From Patescibacteria group bacterium (GTDB lineage: Bacteria; Patescibacteriota; Gracilibacteria; UBA1369; PNNO01): DNA of 64,000 bases. The position numbers and the translations under genes are program-made. This document shows positions 1 through 9,962 of this stretch, in pieces. The stretch spans positions 1 through 64,000 of the forward strand of contig JBHPIO010000003.1 of assembly GCA_042568575.1 (NCBI GenBank), in the 5' to 3' direction. Every line of letters starts with the position of its first letter. Position 1 is the stretch's first letter. The notes beneath the pieces are model-generated. The model ran no database searches. It was not told where the DNA came from and was given only the letters and a program-made list of their open reading frames with translations.

Positions 1-2708
1 AATATTTATTTTCTGCAGAAAGTTTGAAATCAGAGATTTACAGTCATCTAACAACTGTTACAGAAGATAAAGCTGAATGGGTGAACGTATATTTGAATAG
101 GAAAAAAGAAGATGTGTCTATTCTTGCCCATTCACCCCTTGTAAGACAATCATTAAATGAACAATTAATACATGATACACAAAATGCTAAAGAAAGTATA
201 AAGAACAGAGCTGAGTTAGTTGCGAGAGAAGCAGAGAATTACATAAAGCAGCATCCAGAAATGACAATAGAAGATCTGCAGAATGATCCTGCTTTTCAGG
301 AGATTGCAGTTCAATCAGTAGGGGAAACTGGATATACGGCTCTTACAGATTATAAAACTCTAACCTGCAGATTTCATTCAAATCCTAAAATAGTTGATCT
401 TGATTTACATAATTTAGCAGAAAAACTTCCTGGTTTTTGGTCGATAATGGAAATGACTGAAGGAGGAAGATCTGTTGGGGGTTTCTATGATTGGCAAGAA
501 GCGGATGGAAGTTTGAAGAAAAAATATATGTACATTGAAGTGATTGATGCAAAGACCGCTGATAATGTTGGTTTAACAGTTGCAGCAACAACCTATCTTG
601 ATGAATATGATCTTGATATGGAACTTCTCAAAGATGTTGAGGATTATTTTAATAATTTTAGTGAATTTTATAATTATTCGGATTTATTTTTAGTAAGCTC
701 AAGTGGGGATGTTTGGTGGAGTGCTCAGCAGGATGCGGAATTGGGAACGAATCTTGATAATGGGATTTTTCAAGAAACACTTCTAGCTGAAACATATAAA
801 GCAGCGCAAGAAAGCAAAGATATTGCGTATTCTGATTATGCTTTTTATCCTCCAAGTTATGAACCTAAAGCGTTTATCGCTTCTCCCGTATACACCTGGA
901 ATAACAACATTTTTGTTGGAATAGTTGTGTTGCAAGTGGGAATAGAAGAAATTAATGAAATGATAGATGCAATTTTTTCCGAAGATGAATCTGGAAATGC
1001 ATATTTAGTAGGAGGCGATTATTTAATGAGGACAGACATAAAGGGTGAGGAAGGTACCGCTTTAAAGCGAAAGATTGAAACAGTAAATTCACAGAATTGT
1101 TTTACAGAGGACATATTTGAACATGAGGATCACGAAGAAGTTATACAATTCAAAAATCATCAGAATATCGATGTTGTGGGAGCGCATATTTATATACCAG
1201 AGAAGGAGTGGTGTCTATTGGCTGAAATTGAAGTAGAAGAAGCGCTTGCATCTATCAATAATGCCTTGTGGGTAGGAGTTATAATTGGATTGGCTATTGT
1301 TTGTATTGTATTTGTAGTTGCTCGTTGGATTAGTAAAAGTATTAGTGAGCCAATTCTTAAATTGCATGAAGGAACGAAGATTGTTGAAAAGGGGAATTTG
1401 GATCTAAAAATTGATGTTGGAACAAAAGATGAAATAGGTGCTTTGGGCAAAGCCTTTAATAAAATGACATCAGCTATTAAAAAATCTAGAGCAGAGGTTG
1501 AAAGAAAGGTAGAAGAACAAACAAAAGAAATAGTAGAACATAAATCTCGTTTAGAGAATCAACAGCGTGCGGTCTTGAATATATTAGAAGATGTGGCTGA
1601 GGAGAAGGAAATAACAGCAAAGGAAAGAGATAAAATTAATACTATCCTGTACAGCATTGGAGATGGAGTGTTTGTTGTAGACAAGGAATATAAAGTGAAA
1701 ATGTTTAATAAAATGGCTTATCAAATATCTGGTTATACCGAAGAAGAGGTGTTTGATAAACCGTACAATGAAGTTCTAAAATTTATTTCGGAAAAAGATA
1801 AATCAAATGCTGACACATTTATTAAAGAGGCAATGAAAACTGGGAAACAACAATCATTAGTTAAAGACAGTGTTTTAATTCGGAAAGATGGATCAAGTGT
1901 TCCAGTTTCTGATAGCGCGGCACCATTAAAAGATAACGAGGGTAATGTTATCGGATGTATTGTGGTTTTCCGTGATGTAACTAAAGAACGAGAAGTAGAG
2001 CAAATGAAATCAGAATTTGTGTCTATTGCTTCTCATCAGTTACGTACACCTTTAACGGTAATGGGATGGGAGCTTGAAATGATGGGGAAGGGATTCTTTG
2101 GGAAGTTTACGGAAAAACAACTTGTGGAATTTAAGAAACTTGATAAATCTCATAAACACATGTTGGAGCTTGTTAACGATCTGTTAGATGCTTCAAGAAT
2201 TGATGCAGGACGTCTTGAACTCAAGTTCGAGAACATTCAATTAGATGACATAATTAAGGAGGCAGCTAATAATGTTTCTGGCTTAGCTAAGAAGAAAAAG
2301 ATCAAACTAACATCTCCTCGGCTTAGCAAGAAATCACCTTTTGTCAACGTGGATTCCTCAAAAATTTCTGAAGTAATACAGAATTTAATTGAGAATGCCG
2401 TAAAATATACTCCTGATGGAGGCAAGGTTGATGTCTCCTATAAACCTGATAAAGATAAGAAATCTGTAGTTTTCTGTGTTACGGATAATGGGATAGGAAT
2501 TCCGCTTAAGGATCAAAAACGTATGTTTACGAAATTCTTTAGAGCGGATAATGCTGTGAGGGCTAAAAAAACAGGGACAGGTCTTGGACTCTATATAGCA
2601 AAAACTATTGTTGAAAATAGTAGTGGTGGAATTTGGTTTGAAACTAAAGAGGGTAAAGGTACAAGGTTTTACATAAGGCTTCCAATAATTAATAAGAAAA
2701 ATAAATGA
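1..2708 (+). CDS. Sensor histidine kinase (Cache-type extracellular domains, TM, HAMP, PAS, HisKA, HATPase); 5'-partial
   Basis: H-box SIASHQLRTPLT, N-box NLIENAVKYT, G-boxes DNGIGI and GTGLGL, HAMP DEIGALGKAFNKM, PAS SIGDGVFVVD. The frame is open from base 3, so the true start is probably upstream of the window. Confidence 0.92.
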   Translation, partial: YLFSAESLKSEIYSHLTTVTEDKAEWVNVYLNRKKEDVSILAHSPLVRQSLNEQLIHDTQNAKESIKNRAELVAREAENYIKQHPEMTIEDLQNDPAFQEIAVQSVGETGYTALTDYKTLTCRFHSNPKIVDLDLHNLAEKLPGFWSIMEMTEGGRSVGGFYDWQEADGSLKKKYMYIEVIDAKTADNVGLTVAATTYLDEYDLDMELLKDVEDYFNNFSEFYNYSDLFLVSSSGDVWWSAQQDAELGTNLDNGIFQETLLAETYKAAQESKDIAYSDYAFYPPSYEPKAFIASPVYTWNNNIFVGIVVLQVGIEEINEMIDAIFSEDESGNAYLVGGDYLMRTDIKGEEGTALKRKIETVNSQNCFTEDIFEHEDHEEVIQFKNHQNIDVVGAHIYIPEKEWCLLAEIEVEEALASINNALWVGVIIGLAIVCIVFVVARWISKSISEPILKLHEGTKIVEKGNLDLKIDVGTKDEIGALGKAFNKMTSAIKKSRAEVERKVEEQTKEIVEHKSRLENQQRAVLNILEDVAEEKEITAKERDKINTILYSIGDGVFVVDKEYKVKMFNKMAYQISGYTEEEVFDKPYNEVLKFISEKDKSNADTFIKEAMKTGKQQSLVKDSVLIRKDGSSVPVSDSAAPLKDNEGNVIGCIVVFRDVTKEREVEQMKSEFVSIASHQLRTPLTVMGWELEMMGKGFFGKFTEKQLVEFKKLDKSHKHMLELVNDLLDASRIDAGRLELKFENIQLDDIIKEAANNVSGLAKKKKIKLTSPRLSKKSPFVNVDSSKISEVIQNLIENAVKYTPDGGKVDVSYKPDKDKKSVVFCVTDNGIGIPLKDQKRMFTKFFRADNAVRAKKTGTGLGLYIAKTIVENSSGGIWFETKEGKGTRFYIRLPIINKKNK

Positions 2709-3391
2709 TAGATCCTAAGACTTTAAGTCACATAACGCATGAAATACGAGCTCCTTTAACTGCACTTAGGGGATATATTTCGCTTTTGGGTGAAGGTACT
2801 TTTGGTGAAATTACAGATAAATCAAAAGAAGTAGTAGATAAATTACACTTGGATGTGATTCAAACAATTTATCGTATTAATGATTTCTCAGCGCTGCTTA
2901 AGATTGAGAAAACAGATAAAGCAGAATTGCAAAAAAAAGAATCAATAAATCTTTTACCGTTTGTTAACGAAATCCTAGGAACGTACAAACTTGAAGAGGA
3001 ACAGGCGGTTAAAGTTAAATACAAAGTGAGCGGAGACGAGTCCATTCAGCTAGAAATCGCAGCGCTTTCCCTCAAGTTCATAATATCTTTTCTACTAAAA
3101 CATGCGGCTCGAATAAGCGAAGAAGGCTCGCAGATAGAGATACAAATCGATCAAAACGACAACTTTTATCGAGTGTCGGTTAAAGATACCGCCAAAAAAC
3201 TTGAATATGAAGATCCGGAATCTTTATTTGAACCGTTTGCAAAAACGGGTGATACATCTGAGCTAGGGAGCGGCTTGGAACTGTTTAATTGCAAGACAGC
3301 TGCAACTCTTATCCCAAACTCAAAAATAGGTGTACTGCCTGATTACAATCACGGTAATACTTTTTATATATCTCTACCATTTAATAATTAA
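2705..3391 (+). CDS. HisKA plus degenerate HATPase protein (pseudokinase / histidine phosphotransferase-like)
   Basis: H-box THEIRAPLTAL is retained, the N/G1 boxes are degenerate (LLKHAARIS, KDTAKK), and there is no sensor domain. The start overlaps the upstream kinase stop. Confidence 0.75.
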   Translation: MIDPKTLSHITHEIRAPLTALRGYISLLGEGTFGEITDKSKEVVDKLHLDVIQTIYRINDFSALLKIEKTDKAELQKKESINLLPFVNEILGTYKLEEEQAVKVKYKVSGDESIQLEIAALSLKFIISFLLKHAARISEEGSQIEIQIDQNDNFYRVSVKDTAKKLEYEDPESLFEPFAKTGDTSELGSGLELFNCKTAATLIPNSKIGVLPDYNHGNTFYISLPFNN

Positions 3392-3397
3392 TAAACA

Positions 3398-3784
3398 ATG
3401 GATACTTTAACCAAACTACTTATAGTTGAAGACGACAGGGAGCTGGTCGAAGTATACCGCAAGGTGTTTCAAAAAGAATATGATATCTATGTTAGTTATG
3501 ATGGTGAAGAGGGACTTATAAAGGCAGCAAATGTTCTTCCCGAAATCATCGTACTAGATGTCGACATGCCAAAGCTTAACGGATTCGAGGTTCTTAAAGC
3601 CATTAGGGCCAACATCGACCCACATGCTTTGGTTGTAATTGTTTCCAACTTAGGAGAAGAGGAAAACATTAAAAAAGGAATGGAGCTTGGAGCTGATGAC
3701 TATTTGGTGAAAGCAAATTACGATCCTGTTGGAGTGCTTGAGAGAGTGAAACAAATTCACAAAGAAAAGAAAGTTCATCAATAA
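3398..3784 (+). CDS. Single-domain response regulator (receiver only)
   Basis: LLIVEDD, IVLDVDMPKLNG and DYLVK motifs. Confidence 0.93.
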   Translation: MDTLTKLLIVEDDRELVEVYRKVFQKEYDIYVSYDGEEGLIKAANVLPEIIVLDVDMPKLNGFEVLKAIRANIDPHALVVIVSNLGEEENIKKGMELGADDYLVKANYDPVGVLERVKQIHKEKKVHQ

Positions 3785-3793
3785 ACACTACTT

Positions 3794-5206
3794 ATGAAGC
3801 GACATCTAAAAAACTATTTAGTACCCGGAGATCACAATGATCATATTCCGCATTTACTTAAACCAAAGGCAATTGCGTCTATCAGTTTAACGCTTTTGGC
3901 TTTAAAAATAGTTTTAGGTTTTGTTGTTTTCTTAGTTCCGTCTCTTGCGTTTGCATCGACAGGAATTACAACCCAGGACTTGCTTGCTTGTACTAACAGG
4001 AATCGTACCGAAAGAAATCTGAATAAGCTTGTTTTGAATTCTGAATTGAGTAGGGGCGCTCAGTCAAAACTTGGCGATATGGATACATACGACTATTGGG
4101 CGCATGTTAATCCTGTAAATGGCACAAGTCCGTGGTTATTTTTTGAGAATATCGATTACCCTTATATAACTGCCGGAGAAAATCTGGCATTTAGTTTTAA
4201 AACATCAGAGGGTGTTTGTAAGGGATGGATGGATAGTCCTACTCATCGTGCAAACCTTTTAGATCCGACTTTTCAGGAAGTTGGTTTTGCAGTTCGCGAT
4301 GTTGACTTAGGCTCAAATGGAAGAGGAATTTTGATTGTTCAATTCTTTGGAAGCAGGTTAGATTTCTATGAAGAAATTGAGCAGAAGGCATTGCTTGAGA
4401 ATTGTAACCTAACTATTCCTGGTGGTCCTGAAATTTTGAGTCCAGAATGTGGATTTATAAATGAAACACGTCCTGAAATAAAGGCAACCGCAGAAGAAGG
4501 CAAAAAGCTGTACTTTAGGATTAATGAACAGGAATACGAAGGTAAAGTTCTTGAAGAAGGTGAAAACCGCATCGTCAGATTGCCTGAAGGATATGAGCTT
4601 CCTGAAGGTCAGAACAAAATTGAGGCAATGCTTATAGAAAAGAACATGGAGGCTGCAGTAACTACTGTAAATGTAGATACTGGTTCTCCATTCATTAATG
4701 AAGAAACTTTGGGAGTTGAGGCATATATAAAGGATAACAAATACATGTTTGACCTTACAATTACTATTACAGACGACAATCTTTATAAAACGTTTATTAT
4801 GTATCAAAACGAAAATGGCGAACACAGGCAGATGGCGATGCAACTACTTGGTGACGATGTTTACTTTGCGCATTTTGAGTTTGATCCTTCGCAGGGCGAG
4901 GTTTTTCCAATAACGATTAATGCTTTAGATAAAGCTGAAAATTCGAGTACATTGTCTGTTGATTTACTTCCTGATAAAGACAATTTGCACGTTGTTGCTG
5001 GTGCAAAAACTATCAATAATCAGATCAATCTTGAATCTATTTGGAGACATCTGGTTGCGGGATTTCTTGTGATACTATTTGCTGTTTCGGTGCTTAGCTC
5101 TATTTTATATAAATGGAAGCATGAAAATGATGAATACTTGCATCATACAGCGCAAACTGTGATTCTTGGCATCCTAATGATGATGTCCGTTTATTTGCTT
5201 TTTTAA
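3794..5206 (+). CDS. CAP (SCP) domain membrane protein with Ig-like region
   Basis: YWAH...AGENLA...GWMDSPTHRANLL...EVGF CAP motif; N- and C-terminal hydrophobic segments. Confidence 0.85.
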   Translation: MKRHLKNYLVPGDHNDHIPHLLKPKAIASISLTLLALKIVLGFVVFLVPSLAFASTGITTQDLLACTNRNRTERNLNKLVLNSELSRGAQSKLGDMDTYDYWAHVNPVNGTSPWLFFENIDYPYITAGENLAFSFKTSEGVCKGWMDSPTHRANLLDPTFQEVGFAVRDVDLGSNGRGILIVQFFGSRLDFYEEIEQKALLENCNLTIPGGPEILSPECGFINETRPEIKATAEEGKKLYFRINEQEYEGKVLEEGENRIVRLPEGYELPEGQNKIEAMLIEKNMEAAVTTVNVDTGSPFINEETLGVEAYIKDNKYMFDLTITITDDNLYKTFIMYQNENGEHRQMAMQLLGDDVYFAHFEFDPSQGEVFPITINALDKAENSSTLSVDLLPDKDNLHVVAGAKTINNQINLESIWRHLVAGFLVILFAVSVLSSILYKWKHENDEYLHHTAQTVILGILMMMSVYLLF

Positions 5207-5215
5207 CTAATATAT

Positions 5216-6304
5216 ATGCCACATAAACGTAAATATTCGCTTAATCTTGTAATATTTTTCTCGCTGGTAATCGGCATATTTTTAGAGTTTGCACTATTTC
5301 AATTAGGTGCAGTGCGCTACACATTATATTGGGAACTTGGAGTTGGTTTTTATTTTCTTGTGGTGATGTTTGTACTCGCTATTTACGGTCCGCACTTCCT
5401 TCATATTGAGAAGGATTACCAAATGGGACATGCGTGGATGCGTGCAAAACGTATACTTCATTACGTTCTTCATTATTTCTTGCTGCCAACATTTTTATAT
5501 TTCAGCACTCTTACGTCATTATTTTTTCTTTCATCGGCGATTTTACAGCATATTCTGATTGCACTTTCAACATTTGCGTTTTTCTCCATACTTATATGTG
5601 TTTCCAAAGTAGTTAAATGCGCTCCTGTCGGATACAATCTTCCGGAAACAAAAAAGATGCTTTATTACTACATTTGCAGACTTAAATTCTGCTTTTTCTA
5701 TAAGCTTTACGTTGCTTTCTTAGCATTCACATCGTTGTATATTCTTTCGATTGAACTTGTTATCCCTCAACTGGCTCTTCCTTTTGCTATTGGCGTTGCT
5801 ATGTATCTTTTGCTCACGCACAATATGCTTTTCACTGTGAATTGGTCGTGGAAAGTACAAAAGCGAGCATTAGTAATATCGTTGTTAATGGCGGTTTTGG
5901 CGTTTGTGATTAGGCTCGGGAAAGTTCATTTCATAATTTCTGGAACTGTACTAATCACTTTTTATCACATTTTTGAGGGATTCTATTTTCATAAATTATC
6001 TAAGTTGAGCAAAGACATATTGCATAAATATTTATTGATGGGGGCTATAGCAGTAATGATTGTTTGGGGGAGTTTTGATCTTGATTTAGCAGGTTTGGTT
6101 CAACTGCCGGATGAAAATTTTGCTCGAATTGGTGGGGCATCAATTACAGAAGGAACTGAAGAAGGAGGTATGTTTGCTATTGGCGCAGCATTCAGCGCAA
6201 TCGTGTTCTTCTTTGCATATATCACAATGTTCCAAAGAGTGATTAAAACTCAGGCTGAAATTATGGAGGAAAAGAAAGATAGATTGTTTATTTTCAAGGA
6301 TTAA
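5216..6304 (+). CDS. Multi-pass membrane protein of unknown function
   Basis: Many hydrophobic helices; co-oriented and closely spaced with the upstream genes. Confidence 0.75.
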   Translation: MPHKRKYSLNLVIFFSLVIGIFLEFALFQLGAVRYTLYWELGVGFYFLVVMFVLAIYGPHFLHIEKDYQMGHAWMRAKRILHYVLHYFLLPTFLYFSTLTSLFFLSSAILQHILIALSTFAFFSILICVSKVVKCAPVGYNLPETKKMLYYYICRLKFCFFYKLYVAFLAFTSLYILSIELVIPQLALPFAIGVAMYLLLTHNMLFTVNWSWKVQKRALVISLLMAVLAFVIRLGKVHFIISGTVLITFYHIFEGFYFHKLSKLSKDILHKYLLMGAIAVMIVWGSFDLDLAGLVQLPDENFARIGGASITEGTEEGGMFAIGAAFSAIVFFFAYITMFQRVIKTQAEIMEEKKDRLFIFKD

Positions 6305-6414
6305 GTCACATGAGGGGTAGCTTTTCTGTCAATACCCTTTTGTAATTCGTTTATATAGGTATACTTATATAAGGTGGTTTAATAAAAACCGCTTTAATAT
6401 TTAACCAGACACAT

Positions 6415-8949
6415 ATGAGTCTGAAAAAAGCTACCTCATCAATTGCAATTATCGCGTTGGCAATGGTGACCTTTTTACAAATGGGCAGTGCTTTTGCTCA
6501 AACAACATCATTCGATGATGTTCCAACAAGTTACGATTACTATGACGCTGTTGATTACCTTAAGGGTGAGCAGGTTGTTGAAGGTTATGACGATGGAACT
6601 TACAAACCTGAAAACACAATGAATCGTGCTGAGTTTGTAAAAATCGTTTTACTTTCTTCTGGAGAAGAACCAGGAGGATCTGATTGTTTTCCAGATGTAG
6701 CAAACCAATGGTTTGCGCCTTATGTTTGTAAAGCAAAAGACTTAGGACTTGTTCAGGGATATCCTGACGGGAATTTTAAGCCAGAACGTCCAATAAACTT
6801 TGTTGAATCCGGAAAAGTTGTTTCAGAAGGATTGGATGTTTATGCGGACGATTCTTATTCTGACGCATGGTATCACAAGTATGTTGAAGGACTGGAGACA
6901 GAGGAAGCTATCCCTCCATCGGTTGATACATTTGATCAATACATAAATAGAGGAGAAATGGCCGAAATGATCTGGCGTTTGCAAACAGATCAAGGTGGTG
7001 ACTCGGGCGAATATGAAGGTCTTAAGGAAGCTACAGAAGCTCAAGTAATGAAGACGGTGGCTTCATGTTCTGAATTAAAAGAGAAGTTTGAAGATTACGG
7101 TTCTAATTATTATGGATATGGTGAATATGAAATGATGGATTCAGTGATGACTGGAGGCGGATCTATTGCTCCTGCATCTACAGGAACCCTTACCAAAGCA
7201 TCAGAAGAAACTGCTGCAGCAGATCCACGAGCAGCTGACGATGGAGATTATTCAACAACTAATCTTCAAGTGGAAGGTGTTGATGAAGCTGACATCGTAA
7301 AGACAGATGGAGAGTACATTTATATGGTTAAAGGAGAAACAATAAGAGTTATACAGGCATATCATCCTGATAATATGGTAGAGCTTGATGAGGTGACTTT
7401 TGCAGATGACGGATTTACTCCAACAGACATGTATGTTGATGGAGATAAGTTAACTGTACTTGGAACTTCATACTACTCGTATCCTTACCCACTTCGGGAT
7501 GAGCCAACAGTTGATATAATGCCTTATCCTTACTATGGAGGGAATATCTCAAAAGTGTATGTTTTTGATATCTCAGATAAAGAGAATATTGAAATTTTCC
7601 GAAAACTTGAATTCGAGGGAAATTATTCTCAATCACGAAAAGTAGATGAGATGGTTTACATGGTTTTAAATCGTCCTGGATTCTGGGCATATCCTGAACT
7701 TATGGATGCCGAAGAAGTAATTCCTCATTATAGAGATACAGACGACGAAGTAGCTAAACCTTTAATTGAATGTGGTGATGTTAAATATATCCCTGCATTT
7801 GAATCAGCAAACTACTTGATGGTTGTTGGAATCCCAACTGATTCAAAAACTTCCGAAGTTTCAAAAGAAGTTGTACTTGGATCAAGCGGAAACGTTTACT
7901 CTTCACGAGACAACTTATATGTTGCTGCATCTGAATGGAATTACTCATATAGAGGTAGTAATTCAAGCGAATCAACAAATGTTTATAAATTTGAATTAGG
8001 GCGAGACGATGTTGAGTTTGCTGGAAAAGGAAAAGTTCCTGGGCGAATTCTAAATCAGTTCTCAATGGATGAAGATGGTGATTACTTTAGAATCGCAACT
8101 ACTAAAGGGCACGTTTGGGATGATATCCCTTCTGCAAGCAATGTTTATGTTCTTGATGAGGACATGGATATGGTAGGAAAGGTTGAAGGAATTGCACCAG
8201 GTGAAGAAATCTACTCAACAAGGTTTATGGGAGATCGTCTTTATATGGTGACTTTCAAAAAGATTGATCCATTCTTTGTAATCGACTTAAGCGATCCAAA
8301 ATATCCAAATATTCTAGGAAAATTGAAGCTTCCTGGATACAGTGATTATCTACATCCGTATGATGATAATCACATTATTGGGTTTGGAAAAGATACAGCA
8401 GAACCAACTGAACAGGAAGAGCTTGATTGGGATCAGGATTTTGCATGGTATCAGGGAATTAAAATCGCAATGTTTGATGTAACTGACGTTGAAAATCCAA
8501 CACTGATGTTTCAAGAGATAGTAGGGGATAGAGGAACAGATTCACCTCTTCTAAATGACCATAAAGCGTTATTGTTCGATAAGGAGAAGAAACTGTTTGC
8601 ATTCCCTGTGGCAGTAGCGGAAATTCCGGAAAGCGAAAAGGATCCAGATATGCCTGGAAGCACATATGGAGAATTTGTTTTCCAGGGTGCTTATGTATAT
8701 CGAGTTGATTTGAACGGCTTTGATTTACAGGCTAAAATCACTCACTGGGACGAAACTGAAGTCGCGGACAAATCAGGATACTACTGGTACGGTCAAAAAG
8801 ACGTAGAGCGTGTGCTTTACATCGGAGACTATCTATACACAGTTTCAAAAGGAATGGTTAAAGCAAACGACATGACTGACGGATACAGCGAAACAAACTC
8901 AGTTGAGGTAGGTGGTGAAGATTACACTAACACCTACTATTACGACTAA
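6415..8949 (+). CDS. Secreted SLH-domain protein with C-terminal beta-propeller domain
   Basis: Signal peptide ending AFA; SLH motifs FDDVP..GYDDGTYKPENTMNRAEF; STTNLQVEGVDEADIVKTDG and GRILNQFSMDE are typical of secreted beta-propeller proteins. Confidence 0.88.
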   Translation: MSLKKATSSIAIIALAMVTFLQMGSAFAQTTSFDDVPTSYDYYDAVDYLKGEQVVEGYDDGTYKPENTMNRAEFVKIVLLSSGEEPGGSDCFPDVANQWFAPYVCKAKDLGLVQGYPDGNFKPERPINFVESGKVVSEGLDVYADDSYSDAWYHKYVEGLETEEAIPPSVDTFDQYINRGEMAEMIWRLQTDQGGDSGEYEGLKEATEAQVMKTVASCSELKEKFEDYGSNYYGYGEYEMMDSVMTGGGSIAPASTGTLTKASEETAAADPRAADDGDYSTTNLQVEGVDEADIVKTDGEYIYMVKGETIRVIQAYHPDNMVELDEVTFADDGFTPTDMYVDGDKLTVLGTSYYSYPYPLRDEPTVDIMPYPYYGGNISKVYVFDISDKENIEIFRKLEFEGNYSQSRKVDEMVYMVLNRPGFWAYPELMDAEEVIPHYRDTDDEVAKPLIECGDVKYIPAFESANYLMVVGIPTDSKTSEVSKEVVLGSSGNVYSSRDNLYVAASEWNYSYRGSNSSESTNVYKFELGRDDVEFAGKGKVPGRILNQFSMDEDGDYFRIATTKGHVWDDIPSASNVYVLDEDMDMVGKVEGIAPGEEIYSTRFMGDRLYMVTFKKIDPFFVIDLSDPKYPNILGKLKLPGYSDYLHPYDDNHIIGFGKDTAEPTEQEELDWDQDFAWYQGIKIAMFDVTDVENPTLMFQEIVGDRGTDSPLLNDHKALLFDKEKKLFAFPVAVAEIPESEKDPDMPGSTYGEFVFQGAYVYRVDLNGFDLQAKITHWDETEVADKSGYYWYGQKDVERVLYIGDYLYTVSKGMVKANDMTDGYSETNSVEVGGEDYTNTYYYD

Positions 8950-8965
8950 ATGGTTAGGTAAAACG

Positions 8966-8998
8966 AAAAAAGTCCTCCAGGAATGGGGGGCTTTTTTT
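8966..8998. terminator. Bidirectional intrinsic terminator
   Basis: A6-GTCCTCCA-ggaa-TGGGGGGC-T7 between the convergent SLH gene and rpsG. Confidence 0.8.
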
Positions 8999-9004
8999 AT
9001 TCCA

Positions 9005-9457
9005 TTAGTATCTTGCGTAATGAGCAAATGCTTTATTTGCAGCAGCCATCCTGTGAGTATCTTCTTTCTTCTTCATTGCTACCCCTTGGCTTTCTGCTGC
9101 GTGCATAACTTCTTGAGCAAGTCGTTCTGCCATTGCAGAACCTTTACCGCTTCTTGCAGCTCCTATGAGCCATCTGAATGCTAGAGTAATTTGTCTGTTA
9201 GCGTTAACCTCACGTGGGATCTGATATATAGCTCCACCGATACGCTTAGGTTTTACCTCCATTTGAGGTTTAATATTATCAAGAGCCTTATTAAATATCT
9301 TTGTAGGGTCTTCCTTCGTCTTCGTACCAATAATCTCCATTGCATCTTTGAAGATTTTTCGTGCAGTGGTTTTCTTTCCACGTTGCATCACGTAGTTTAT
9401 GAACTTTTCGTATAATGGGTTTGAATCCTGCGGTATAAAGCTTGCTCTTTTTTGCAT
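9005..9457 (-). CDS. rpsG: 30S ribosomal protein S7
   Basis: KFINYVMQRGKKTTA...EDTHRMAAANKAFAHY. Confidence 0.97.
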   Translation of the reverse strand: MQKRASFIPQDSNPLYEKFINYVMQRGKKTTARKIFKDAMEIIGTKTKEDPTKIFNKALDNIKPQMEVKPKRIGGAIYQIPREVNANRQITLAFRWLIGAARSGKGSAMAERLAQEVMHAAESQGVAMKKKEDTHRMAAANKAFAHYARY

Positions 9458-9475
9458 ATTATTTGTATAACGTTA

Positions 9476-9892
9476 TTATTTCTTAGATGATTTTTTAGAA
9501 CCGTATTTACTTCGGCTCTGTTGACGACCTTCAACACCTTGTGTGTCTAGTGATCCGCGAATGATATGATATCTAACACCCGGTAAATCCTTTACTCTTC
9601 CGCCTCTAATAGTTACTACAGAGTGTTCTTGAAGGTTATGCCCTTCACCTGGAATGTATGCATTAACTTCCATTCCGTTTGTAAGTCTCACACGTGCTAC
9701 TTTACGTAACGCCGAGTTCGGTTTTTTAGGTGTCATTGTAAACACTTTCACGCATACACCACGTTTTTGTGGACAGTTAATACTAACGTTCCTGTTTTTC
9801 AGGGTATTAAAGGTAATTCCCATAGCAGGAGACTTTGTCTTCTTAACGACCTTTTTTCGTGATTTTCTAACTAATTGATTTATTGTTGGCAT
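9476..9892 (-). CDS. rpsL: 30S ribosomal protein S12
   Basis: [30 protein letters not shown]. Confidence 0.98.
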   Translation of the reverse strand: MPTINQLVRKSRKKVVKKTKSPAMGITFNTLKNRNVSINCPQKRGVCVKVFTMTPKKPNSALRKVARVRLTNGMEVNAYIPGEGHNLQEHSVVTIRGGRVKDLPGVRYHIIRGSLDTQGVEGRQQSRSKYGSKKSSKK

Positions 9893-9962
9893 AACTTATT
9901 TAAGTTTATTAGCGACAGTTAAGGTAACGGATTTATAATAGGAATGCAAGGAAAAATTTACC

